Shown: one piece after another, positions 50,421 to 62,333 of the stretch
How the letters are laid out: each line of letters opens with the position of its first letter
How positions within the stretch are numbered: the stretch's first letter is position 1
Assembly: GCA_013115125.1 (NCBI GenBank)
Contig: JABANN010000096.1
Location: 1 to 64,000, forward strand
Length of the DNA stretch: 64,000 bases
From: Perkinsus olseni
Lineage: Eukaryota
Reading direction: 5' to 3'
Notes under the pieces: model-generated
Told to the model about the DNA's origin: nothing
The model's database searches: none
What the model saw: only the letters and a program-made list of their open reading frames with translations
Position numbers and translations under genes: made by a program

Positions 50421-51159
50421 GTCGTCGGTGATGCAGCCTCGTACAGGATGCTGCCACCCATCTATAATCACTCTGCGCATGGAGTCCACTGTCAGAGCTT
50501 ATCAATGAGGACCGTTCATTATAGATTATCGTTCATGGGTATAGGCTATGCGACGGTTGCCGATATAAAGCTTTCTTTCAACACCCTATGTGTTTGCGTG
50601 CTACTATGTAACACGCGTGTTTTGCCCGGGCCGGGCAATGGCCGTTCTACTAGTCAACGCTTTTGAAAGGGTCTATCGAAGAAGCTCCTAATTTGGTCGT
50701 TGTACTACTCGCTTAGACCAGTAGAATGACTCGATCATAGTCCCGATTTTCACTTCACTGTCACGAGATCAAGCCCAGTCAGCACTTTTCTCGACACCTT
50801 AATGGCACTGAGTTCAGTTACTGACCTTCAGTCCCGGGCGAGTACCCCCCCCCCACAAACATGATTTTCCACTACTGAGCCGACACTGACGTTGTCGGAC
50901 TATACAGAAACGTGAGAGGATCCCTAGCCTACTACGTCGTAGGACCTACGATGGATGAGGTGTTTGCTTTCGAGCTCCCGGATCGTTATCGCGGTAAGAC
51001 TGATGACGCCCATCACACATAGGCAATCAGGCTGATGTTCGAGACGAGGACATGGTCGTCGTGCGCAGGACTCTATTCATCGGAGAACTACTTACTTTCA
51101 CATTCTGGATCAACACTGTTGATTCAACAGTTAGTTCGAGTAGATCAAGTCTTGGTCAC

Positions 51160-51260
51160 TCAGATGGAAGGTCGAAAGTAAGAGGCCCCAATGCAATATT
51201 CGGAGAGCGATGAGCAATTGAGCGTCTAGTAGTGCTAGCCTACTATGAATCGGAGGAAAA
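51160..51260 (+). repeat. ~100-bp diverged direct repeat (second copy ~52428-52530)
   Basis: Shared AGATGGA.GGTCGAAAG, TGCAATATTC, TAGT.CTAGCCTA. The second copy carries a 14-bp footprint insertion. Confidence 0.7.
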
Positions 51261-53224
51261 GCGCATGGGGCTTCTTCGTAGGTGACACCTCAGTCCGAGA
51301 GTTTCTCTCTGATATCGCCTGACTTGGGCACCCGCGCCTTCTCATGCGTTTGATATCTACTTTCCCACACCATTTACCCCTCAGCGTTTGGCGTGCTGCT
51401 GCTTCCGGCACTCACGGTTTCCTTGGGGAGCCAAAACTCTGCTTCCTCTCGCCTCTCCTACATCTATCGTGAATATCCCTCTTGTAAAAGACCGTTTTTA
51501 GTGTCACGTTATGGTTGAGAATGATGACGAGATCGCTCCTTTGGGAAGCTGGCCGTGCTTGCCGCGACTTGCCGTACTCGGAGTACATTCACGGGCTGGT
51601 AGGCAGTGACTCACCACCCACCCACCAGATTTGATAATCGCTCTACATACACACCCCTCCGTACATAAAGCCCACAGGAACTGGGCACATCGGCGTTGGC
51701 GACTCGCCGTTGGCGAGAGCTCGACTAACTTAATGACCGGCGTTGGACTATAGGCTCATACACACAGGAGACTCCACAGAGAGCCCGGCTCAACCCAAAC
51801 TCAGAGCCTCCTACGACGTACGAGAGGTTGATTTCTGAGCTCTTCAACTGCTATTGCGTTTAGATTGAGAACGTTCATTGGACATAGGGAGGCTTGGTTG
51901 GTGTTCGAGGAGACGAAAGAATGACCTTGACAACTTTGACCACGAGTTGCACTCGGGGTCTGAAGACCGCTGGCGGTAGCCACTTCTCCCACGGTCGGTT
52001 TCCGACGAGCAGCCTTCGGAAGAGAAGGCTGCCTATCAGGTTGCCAACACCTGTGGTACCAGCAAATGAATAATCTCGGTAACAGTCTTCTCAGGCCAGG
52101 AAGACCTCGGGTCCACCGAGACAGTATCCAGGATTCCTGAATCAGGAAATCAGCCGAATTCTCACCGTAGCTCATCTAGCGGGCCGGGTGTTAGTGGAAC
52201 TTCCACTGTGGAAGCATCAGTCGTTTTTCCCTCGTGACTTCGGCGAAGTCACTTCGCGCTTCTCTAGTCAACTACATTGCTTTGGGTCCGGGCTGCGGTC
52301 TTTCTACCCGAGACATTCGTCCGTGGTTGACGGTAAACCGGCGGGTTTAAGCTGCTACCGATGCAGCTAACTCAGTTATGATGCAATTTACTCCCCGATG
52401 GCGAGTAGCATTGGGTTGAAGGAGACCAAGATGGATGGTCGAAAGAAGGAGGCTCCACTCAGTGGAGTCCACTGCAATATTCCGGGATCTTTGAACAGTT
52501 GACCTGCTTGTAGTACTAGCCTAATATAAACGCATTTCTGCCATGTTCGCGGAGTGCACCTTCTGGACGACAGAGTGTGAATTCTCTAGGCACAGAAACG
52601 CCTTATCATGCCAAACGATCGACAGTTGCGCGTCTCGATGTGCGGGGGCGGCGCTAGTCAAACGGGTGGCTAAGCTTGGAGAGGAGCCCTGTGACGTCGA
52701 ACATCGATTTGGCTCTACTGGCCAAGACGTTCACAGCGATCTTGAAATTGTGACTCGCTCTGGCATTGTCATCACCATGACGACTCGACGAGTCATTATG
52801 ACGAGCCCCCCCCCTTTCTGCCAGGAGGCTGCCGACTCGGCAGTGCCGAGTACAGTCAGAGCCGCTCAAGCCGTGTAGGTCGCGTACTGCAAAGTCTGCC
52901 CAGTGAACCAGATGCACTATAATAACAACTACCTCCATTGCTGCTGCGTACCCACCTTGCTCTATGCTCGCCTTTGCTCGTTATACGTACGTTCGTCCCA
53001 GCAGACACGTGCGTTCCTCGCCGTGCTATTGAACATACGTTCACCCGTCATCCAGAACGAGGTCAGTTCTCTCCGAACTCCTCTCGACTCCGGTTTACTC
53101 TTCTTTGAGCCCCGTCTCAAATAGCCATACTGTACTGAGTTATAGTGCAGCAGTGGTAGCAGCTCCTTGCTCTCGGAGCGAGGGATACCCTTTAACTCGC
53201 GCATACGTTCTTCAATGGTGACCA

Positions 53225-53861
53225 TTGAATGGTCTCGACTACCTCCTTTCTCGCCTGTATTGTATTATTTGTCGGTTCCTGCGCCGCAGGACCTGCGGTG
53301 AAAATATAATTAGGATGCCCATATCCAGGATTCTAACTACGGGAAAGCCGCCAGAGCTACTTATGGTGACCCCTATAAAGGTCGACGGTCTAGATATGTA
53401 CGCCCAGGTGGACACCGGAAGTTCTCACACACAGTTGGTATGGCGGAAATGGTATGAGAGCGTTCGTACAGGAGGGTGTCATGATCTCTTCTACACGTGC
53501 TATCACTGCGCCCCAACTAAATGCCAAAGGGCTCCTACCACCACGACTATCCATTATGTTGATGGGTCTTCATTGACCGTATAATACGGTCAATTAGCCG
53601 TGTTTGGGAATACGGTCCGTATTCCCACATTCTGGAGGCTTCTCTTTTCACGGCGCAGCTGCCAAAGGCATGAAGTTCGCCTTGGCCACTGGAGCTTCAC
53701 GTGGGCCGTGGGCGGCTATTGGCCTCGGGTCGCGAAGCGTCAAAGCACCGTATAAGCGCTTTGTCGATCAGCTACGATCCCAGCATCTGATCGACAGCGG
53801 AGTCTTCTCGCTGTACTTATCGTCTGGAGGAGCTCCCAGCGGTGAGCTCATAATCGGAGGG
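53225..53861 (+). pseudogene. Aspartic protease pseudogene, paralog of 49068-50135
   Basis: MYAQVDTGSSHTQLVWRKWYES...CHDLFYTCYHC, then FPHSGGF...WAAIGLG...RFVDQL...GELIIGG in another frame. A 40-bp insertion (53583-53622) causes a stop and a frameshift. The C-terminal lobe is missing and there is no ATG at the homologous start. Confidence 0.93.
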
Positions 53862-56800
53862 GTCCCCTGTGCTGATTCCCACCACTGTGGTGGGAATCAG
53901 CTGCACAGCTAGCGCTAGTGTTAGACTCTGTCTCTGCACACGAGCGTTCGAACTAGTTGGGCTCATTTCCGTTCGGGTGAGACGGCTGTGTCCTTGCGGA
54001 GGCACGCGGGTCGCGCCGTCCGGTTTCCGGTGAACCGTTCCCCGTTCCAGTCTTATCCGCCTCACCCCTCAACGCCCTGTGAGCAATGTTAAATTCCTCC
54101 TTTTTCACTCTAGTCGTATTGTGAAGATCGCTTTGTGATTGCTGTCCCTATGGAGTCGCTTCCCCTTGTGTTACGCTGATATATCTAACCTCGCGCTACT
54201 ACTGTAATTGTAATCTATAAGTTAGGGTCAGGCTAACCAAGTCTATCTTGTGTTAACTGAATAAGTGGGATTGCCCACAAGGGCTCGTACACAGTCGGGT
54301 GTCACGAGTCTGATTAATGGTAATTATTTCAACTCTTGCGTTGGCAGTTCGTTCATCAGCCAACTATAAACTCAATTAACGTCCAATTGGCAAACCGGGA
54401 TCATACGGCGAAGCTTGCTAGATCCTAGGAACGCTGATTTTCGTACTGCGGAAACTCGTACTATATTGCAGTATCTTATTCCGTGTCGAGCCCCATGAAC
54501 ACCGGCCTGCCCGCTCAGCCTTCAGGAGACCAAAAGTAAACCACCAGCTCCAGTCGTCCTTAACTATCGGTCATATTGCTTTCCGTGTATCAACACTAAT
54601 CGTAAAATAATTATCCTGTGCGATAAAAGTTCTCTTCCCGAGTCTGTAACCCCGCCGTAGTTTGGCCCCCCTTTCAACTCGACACAGCTCTGTTAAAGAA
54701 AGCAGACACGTTCCTGACTTCAACTGCTACCGGCATGCGCAGCTCGAGAATTCAGGAACGGAATTATGCCGCTTATTACTCTAGCGGCGGAAAGGCCTAT
54801 TCCACGTAGCGGCGGTCCGAAGGGAGAAAATTCACTGGAAGGTAGCAGCTCCGTCTTGTGGAGTAGTGAGCCACTCACAGGGGACTCGGCTGGTTTGTCT
54901 GAGCAAGAGAGCACGGAGCTAGCCAGGCAAGTAGAGGAGCTCAAGGCTAAATGGGATAAAATAACCACAAGTGCGTTGGAGAAGTCGTTCGCTCGCATGA
55001 TCACCATTTACGCGTTACGCGCAGCGCGTGTCAAGGAATCGTGTCAAGAATATGCGATTCATCTTGTTTAGCACGCGGTCTGCATGAAAATGGGATTACC
55101 TCCTCATTGTCGTCGGAAGCACCCTGGTGTGGTTGTTAGTGTCCTTGTATCGCCATCAGAAATAAGAATGTCGTTGTGGAATTTGCATCCGCATGTGCGA
55201 GGATTAATGATAATCTTAGTGATGACGCGCCACTCGTGTATGTGCACGGTCCCTAGATGACTTTCAGTTGTGCAGGTCCTGGCCTCGAGTACGGCTGGTC
55301 GGAAAAAAATTCTCAGCTCATTCACGATGCTTGTATAGCTTCTCTAGATTCCTTGAACGATGACATAAGGACTGAACTGGACCTGACTTATAACAGTAAC
55401 AACATGGATGTAGATGGGGAGCTGGCATGAAACCACCCTCCACCTACCGTACTTCTGGAGACCTGCAAAGCCTTGAGCAACCCTTTTACTCGAACTGACG
55501 TTGAAACCACAATTCTCGACGGACAGCAGTGTCCACTTCGAGTAGCAGGAAGTTATTTCATGCTAGAAAGAGTTGAGAATGAAAAAGCACTTGCAGGAGC
55601 AGCTGTTCGGCGGCCACTATGATTTGACAGACGTTACTCTGATTGGGCAGTATCTTGAAGCATTCAACTATATCAGTCATTCACACAGCCTGCATGAATG
55701 ACTCGCAGGGTTGGGCGTTCAATGGTGGCTAGGATTTCTTGAGTAACATAGGCCTAGACTGGATCTCGCTATGTACTACAGTACCCAATGTTAATTAATC
55801 ACATGAGCAAGATCTAAACTTATTTCATAAATATTGCACTGAAGGAAACTACTTGGCCGAAAGTAATTCTCCTTGTTTTTCATACAGCTTCTCGCATTGG
55901 ACAGAACTGTAGATCAGGCCCGACCGATTCTCACTTGCAGATACAAGATCAATGGTATCAGATGGTCCCTCCGAGCCCGAGGGTTGCTATAGGGCACTCA
56001 GCGGTCTATCCGACTCTGAGTTCTACAGGGCGAATGACGATGCTCATGTCCACGCTCGGCTTGTCAGATTTCCTGTGTCGACGGAACACCAAGGAGAAAA
56101 GATTGAAGTTACGCTGAAGAACTACCCCTACGGGACTTCACGAAGGAAGTGCAATCAGGTCGCTTTCAAAGTGACCGCAGCTAAGCCCTTCACTACGGGT
56201 AGCATAGGGAGAATGTTATCCCTGAGTTGACTCTGTATGAATAGCACCCGCACTCGCTCGTCGCTGTTGATGCCCGATTAGAATGCAGCAGAAATAGATG
56301 AGAATGAGGTAGATCGGGTACTGAGTTGACAGAAAATGCGTAGAGCAGTCGGGTTAATGGGAGTGAATGGGAAAAGGCTTGTGAGGTTGGTGTCGGGGCA
56401 TGCAGAGGGTATACAACGGAGTTCGACTCGCAATATGAAAAACACCAGCGAAAAAACAATTCACTTCGCGGATACGGGTGAGCCTACATTGGACAGTGTG
56501 AAGCGCGAATCGTTCTGTTGATCGCGTTATTGTGAGGAAGGGGGATGCGAATACTCCAGCGGTAAACGACACGTTCTCTTGACTGTTCTCACGAACTCTT
56601 GGCTAATGATAATATTCCCTGGTGGCAATATTAGAGCCACGGTTGTACATTTTAGCTACTGAATACAACATTGAGAATTTAGTTTCATGCCGAGTTGATG
56701 AACATTGTCGATCACGATCTATGAGAATCGCCCAAATCTCAGGCGATGGGTCGGCAATGGTGACATCACGAAAATTGAAGACTGGCCAACACACGGCCGT

Positions 56801-57820
56801 GTTCGATATGACCCCGGAGGTATCACGGGATGCAGGCAATTTCCTTTTGAAGCACGCAGCACGCAATGCAGTGCTTCGAGGAGATTCCTGGGGCTCTTGT
56901 GGCAGTTGTGATGAGCAGGTACCACAGTTTATCACATTCTCCCGGTCTCACGATGAAGCAACTACCAGGCCAGACGCAATTCACCCGTAAGACCATCCTT
57001 GGTAGCCTGTGCACTGTCTCAACAACTAATATAATATAATAAGGCAATAATATAATATTAATATTATGGGCAATAATATAATAACTAAGCAATATTAATA
57101 TTGCTCCACACACGATTGGTCCAAGGTGTGTCATCGCTAGAGCACACTCATCATCTCTTACCGTCATCTTTTTATCCTTTTTACCTCTCGTCCGTCCATA
57201 TACGGACCCTGTCTGGTTGTTATCGCAGTAGTGCAACGAGATAGTGAACCTGCCTGTCCTGAAATATACAGTATTCTAATTTGTCCTGACATCTTCTATT
57301 TCACAACCTGCGTTCTATGTTTTGTAGAATATCTGGCACGAAGCTTGACCTCCAAATATAGTTTCCCGTTGATCCGAACAGAAGCCTTTCCCCTCCTAGG
57401 TATCGTACATCCAGGTCACTACTTTCTTCACAAGAGAAACTTCGATCGGGTGGGCATTGTTGCGAGCCCGTCTGAACTGTAGAAAATCTAGTGTCACGTC
57501 GCTGATGTTCTTTCAGGCTTTCATCACGACGACTATGATATCCACAGTCTCGTCGAAGACCTTCGAAGTTGCTCTGAGGTAAAGCCCTTCCAAAGTCGGG
57601 AGTTGACATGAAAGTGCGTACAGGCAATTATCGATTCGACTAGTCGAAGACTCAGTGACAGCATCCTAGGTCGAAGGCGACGTGAGGAGGTATCGGAAAC
57701 GACCCCGCGCGATAATACTGACGAAGCCTTCGGGGTAGAGGCCTACCTTCGAGAGCTGAGGGCTATCATTCGTCCACTCGGTGGGAAGAGCTAGGCGGTT
57801 TCTCGGCTATTCCGCTACAG

Positions 57821-59470
57821 GGATGATATCCCCTCAAGCGGCATCTGCATTGGAGGTGATTGTGAAAGGGATTCTCTTGAATTCTGACTGGTAAAGATTT
57901 TTAATGACAGACGCGAGTCCGAGGCTTCATTTGATGGTGTTACTGCAGGGCAATCAGTGATCGGAATATAACTATAAAGGAGCTCGGTGACTGTGCGGAA
58001 GAGATTGATGAGCTGCGGGGAGCCATGCAGGTCGGGTTGCAAACAGCATCGAGCTTCTCGGCACTTATGGCGCCTTCCTTATTCTCCAGGGTTGCTATAA
58101 TTGAGCGATCGATCGATCTCACTGTTCAAACACTCAATAACATACACTCGGTTCGTCGTGGTCATAGAGGCATCCTCATACATCTGTCGAAGTAGCACTT
58201 CCATCGCTACCTTTGTCTCAGACGATAAAGGAGGCGCACCGTAGGGACCTCGCTATTGTGGGCAAGGAAAGAGCGGCGGTGGAGCGGAAGCTTGAGCTGT
58301 AGAGCTCGCGCCGGTCTTTTTCAGAGAATTCCGCACTTCACCGACCTGCGGGTCCTAGTATTTCTTCTATCCTCATCAGGGTCGAGCAAGAGAAGGCTTC
58401 GCTGAGGCAGAGTATAGAGGAGCTGAAGCTGGAGTTAGCCCAGCTGGCGCCAAATAGCCAGGATGTCGACAAGGTAGCCGTGGTGGTAGTCTGTCTAATA
58501 CCAATTGCCGGTGGAAACTCATCTACATGTTACAAAGAGATCTGTCGAGCGCTCCTACGAGCGAAGGCGACTCTCATTCTGGCTAGTGCAACGAATGACA
58601 TCAGGACTTTAGCGAGCTACTGTTGTGAAATGTCACGTCAGTGATTTATATTGTTATATCCGCGCAGCACCAGCGACGAATCAGGAGTATAGCGCGTAGC
58701 GTCTCAGGACTGCCCCTCCTGATGATGCTCGACCTTGGAAAGAGAACAGAAAGAATGCTTTCAAATACCGCTTCCATGATTGCATGTCGCCGAATCTGTT
58801 TAGAATTTTTTTTGATCATTACGAGCTTACTCGGTTCCAGCTCCACTAAATTAGCGACACTAGTTAACATGAGTGGTTTGTCACTCCTACGTATTCAGGT
58901 GAAATCCCTGATGGATGATTTTTCCAAGTTGATCGCTGCATTTGGAGATGAGGGAGCTAGGCACGGAAAGATCCTGGAGGACTTCAAAGTCTTCGCTCAC
59001 AAAATGGCCAGTGTATGCTTCTTCGACGGGGCCCTCGGGAAGACGTCGATTCGCCCCCGCCCATCCATCAGGACACCTCGACTAATATCGCTGCTGCCAG
59101 AGCGGAGGATAAGGAGGGTGACGGCGGAAGACAGGTAGCTGACGATCCTCTTTCTTTCGAGTTTTTCCGGGGGTCTCGCACTCGCTCCCGTTTTGAAGGA
59201 CGTGTCATTGACAAGGGCTGTGCGCTGAGGCGTTCAACAAAAAAGCTAGCATTAATGTTGTGTCCATGATCCAGACCAAACAATCTGGCGGCCAGATTCT
59301 GGCCTCGTGTCAGCTGCGATGCCTCTCTCTCGAATAGTAGTTGTCCTTGTTACTGAGCAAGACTTAGTGAGAGTCAGTGAATTATAACGAGGGTCGAAGA
59401 AATATGGAAGCCGCCACTGTATCCTCAGTTGCAGAGCTACCAGAAGGGGAGGCTCGTTCAATTACAATCG
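57821..59470 (+). CDS. Hypothetical multi-exon coiled-coil protein (limits uncertain)
   Basis: AG/GT-bounded segments KELGDCAEEIDELRGAMQ, TIKEAHRRDLAIVGKERAAVERKLEL, VEQEKASLRQSIEELKLELAQL, VKSLMDDFSKLIAAF. Confidence 0.5.
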
Positions 59471-61564
59471 GGCGAGCTGCTCCTCCGGCACTACGACAGC
59501 AGTACGAAGAGGCTTTGTGTCGGCCAGGACCCCTTCTCGCCCTCAGGGGACTTCACAAGTCAACTGTGGGAGTCAGAGCTCACCCAAGTGGACCCTAGGG
59601 CAACTCCCTGGCTGTGCCCATCCTACCTGAGGACCTTCCATCACCGGTACGTGTCTACGGGGGTCTACACATCGGTCTACTCTCTGCAGCGATCGGGCGG
59701 TCAACGAAGTTTGTCACTCATCTCAGTTACATGTGGGAGTCGCTCCCACCGATGAACGTCCATAATCTCGAGGAGCTTCTCCTGCAGATAATAGCAGATC
59801 TCCCAATGCTGAATGGGGCTCCGGTGCAGAATCCAGTGATTCCGTGTCGTCTTGACAGTCTGACAAGAACCTTATCGAACAGAGACCCAAAAGAATGACG
59901 TTGTCATTATGACATTGTCATAAGATCATTCTTTCAGAACGAGATAATTTGTATTACGATTTTCCAATATTCCTGAATCAGGAATCCTGATCACAATTAC
60001 CAACAGCATAACCACCTCATTAATATTCTCACAATCATTGTGAAAATTGTGGTGAAGACTTCCGTTCAGATCCCAAAGTTTCACGACTGTATCATTGACT
60101 TCACTCTGGCGCATTCCGCCTGCCTCGAGGAAGCGGAGCTGAGGCTGTACACGATGTTTCGGTGAGAAGCTAGGGCGCCCCGCTAGTTCGGCGGGATGCC
60201 TGGTCGTCCTCAGCTCGACCCTCGCGTACCCCTTCATGCCGGAAGATGTGCTCTCCGTTCCGCCAGCCGTGCATCTCCTCCGCCGTCTACTGAGAGTCTC
60301 TCCCCTCAGCGTGGTTATCCCCTACCCGATAGCCGCTGCCTGCCTGGCCTGTCTCAAGAGAAGTAGGTGCTCAGCAAATACAACCATCCCGACGGTTTGA
60401 TGGGAGAGATCGAGTTCCATGCAGGTATTCAAGGCGACAAGACCCTCCAAAGCGTTATACTTGAGAACGAGGAGATAGAAATCACTGAACTGTGAGCTTT
60501 CCGCTGAAGTCCTAGTTTCTAGACTATCACCTACCGCCAGCTCGTGTGGTACGAATTTCCGCTGTACGATCTGAAGTTTTACGACGTGATATTTTGTGCA
60601 TCGAAAACGTTCGAAGCGATTCTGCGCGTAATTCTGATTTACGCGATTTACTTGATTTAAGTGGATTCTGGAACTTAACCAATCCAAGGTTCGTAGTTTA
60701 AAACCTCTGGTCTCCGAGATGGGGCAAGGCGCGGTACCGCGCTAGCGTCAGAAAGCTCGACAGGACCTCACGACGGTAGCGAGGGTAACGCGAAGGCAAA
60801 CTGTGCCGAGGCCGAAGGCGATGCTGCAAGTGGCAATCGCGGTTCGTCAGGCACAAGTTGCCTCTCGAAGACCTCGATTAAAAAAAGAAGAGAGCGTCGA
60901 GAGGACGACGTTCGACTTCCGAGCCGTTATCAAGCACCTGATAACTCAAGCCGGTAGTCGGCGTACTAACTTGCTAGCGTGGGGGGGCGCAGTCGGGACA
61001 CTAGGTGTCCCGCTGTGCACACAATATAACACGGCATCTCTCCGCGCCGGTTTTAACCTAGATGAACTACCCGTTTATCCGCTGAATTAATTGCTAATAG
61101 ATGGATCTTTGTGCTTTGACAGTTTGTTCGCTGAGCGTGCGGGTTGTCTTTCCGTCAGTTTATTTCGGAGCGAAATGGGGCAGAAAAATTGCTGTCTCGT
61201 AGGCTTTACACCGCTTAAAGCCTACGACCACTGAAAACGATTAAATTACACGAGGTCAAATATGGATAACATCTGAGTAATGCTCTCTAGCGTCACGCTA
61301 TAAATGAGCAGACGCAACAAGAGGGCAGAGCGAACACTCAGATCTGGCTCTGCGCGTACATGGGGAAAATCGACACAGCCGCTTCGACAAAGCGTGCGGA
61401 TCTTCGAGGTGACATCCACTCTGCCCCACGTTCTGAGGTGTCCGGATCGGGGCTCCGTACGATGTGTCCGACATAGCAAAAACTTGGTATGTAAGACAAC
61501 TATTGTGCAAAATAGGAACACCTCTACATAGTGGCCACTGTACTGCTTGAGTCAACCAGGTTTG

Positions 61565-61620
61565 CACTGTACGAATTGCAACTGTACGACTGGAATCTGT
61601 TCGAGTTGAAACTGTACGGA
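61565..61620. repeat. Short 15-bp-period tandem repeat
   Basis: ACTGTACGAATTGCA / ACTGTACGACTGGAA / TCTGTTCGAGTTGAA / ACTGTACGG. Confidence 0.6.
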
Positions 61621-62333
61621 AGTGCCTTGTACCAATATGCTCTCTACGGGCTACCACTGTAAAATGCGATGCCAACCCCGCCTGAGTACTGTCTCTCGAA
61701 GTAGTACTCTGCGACAAGTACTTCGGGAGAACAGTACGGTCGTGATTATCGGGAATTGGGCTTTTACTGGTGACGCCTTAGGTGTCTCGCTTAACTTCTC
61801 TGAGAAGTGTGGGATACTGTAGTACGCGGCGAGAGCAGTTCTCTCAGGCACACTCTCATCAGCGAAATATGTATGCCCAGCCGAAAGGCATCCCAGGGTA
61901 TCATAGAGGTGCGTTGAGGAATTGCAAGATTGCAAGATCACATTGCTTCTAGGACCATAAGGACGTAGTGGCGGACTTAATCATCCGAGCTCTCGCACCG
62001 TATTGCCAAGGAGAGGATGATAGTGAACAACGTCGCATTGAATCAGAGCCGCAAATTTTGAAGGGTTTTGGGGTCCTCAGGCGCCCTAGGGGTACAAGAC
62101 GGCTACTGGCGCGTCATGGAAGCGGTAATCCATACACGAGTTCAAAAGCAATGCCCACCCATGTAAGAGGTTGCCGCCATTGTATTTATTGGAGTGATAT
62201 TCGTATTACTATCTCAGTGTCACCTTCTTGCGGCGTTGCGAGCAGCTTTCCGTAGGAGAGGGCTCGGCCGAGCATCATCTAATTCCTGCTGAGGATATGG
62301 TGAGCCTCCCGTTTGCCCTTTTCTCGGCTATAG

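Noticed and set aside
4737-52810. Weaker footprint candidates at 4737, 21774, 37593, 50807, 51696 and 52778
   Set aside because: Two or more mismatches, or one-sided with short arms; not counted as evidence.
53886-54278. Solo LTR (TG...CA)
   Set aside because: No second copy or TSD in the window, and the apparent start coincides with a hairpin scar.
55900-57000. Protein-coding gene
   Set aside because: Several short open stretches broken by stops with no recognisable motif; possibly a decayed gene or element.
57025-57105. AT-rich palindromic patch as a terminator or origin
   Set aside because: Low-complexity filler; palindromes are expected at this composition.
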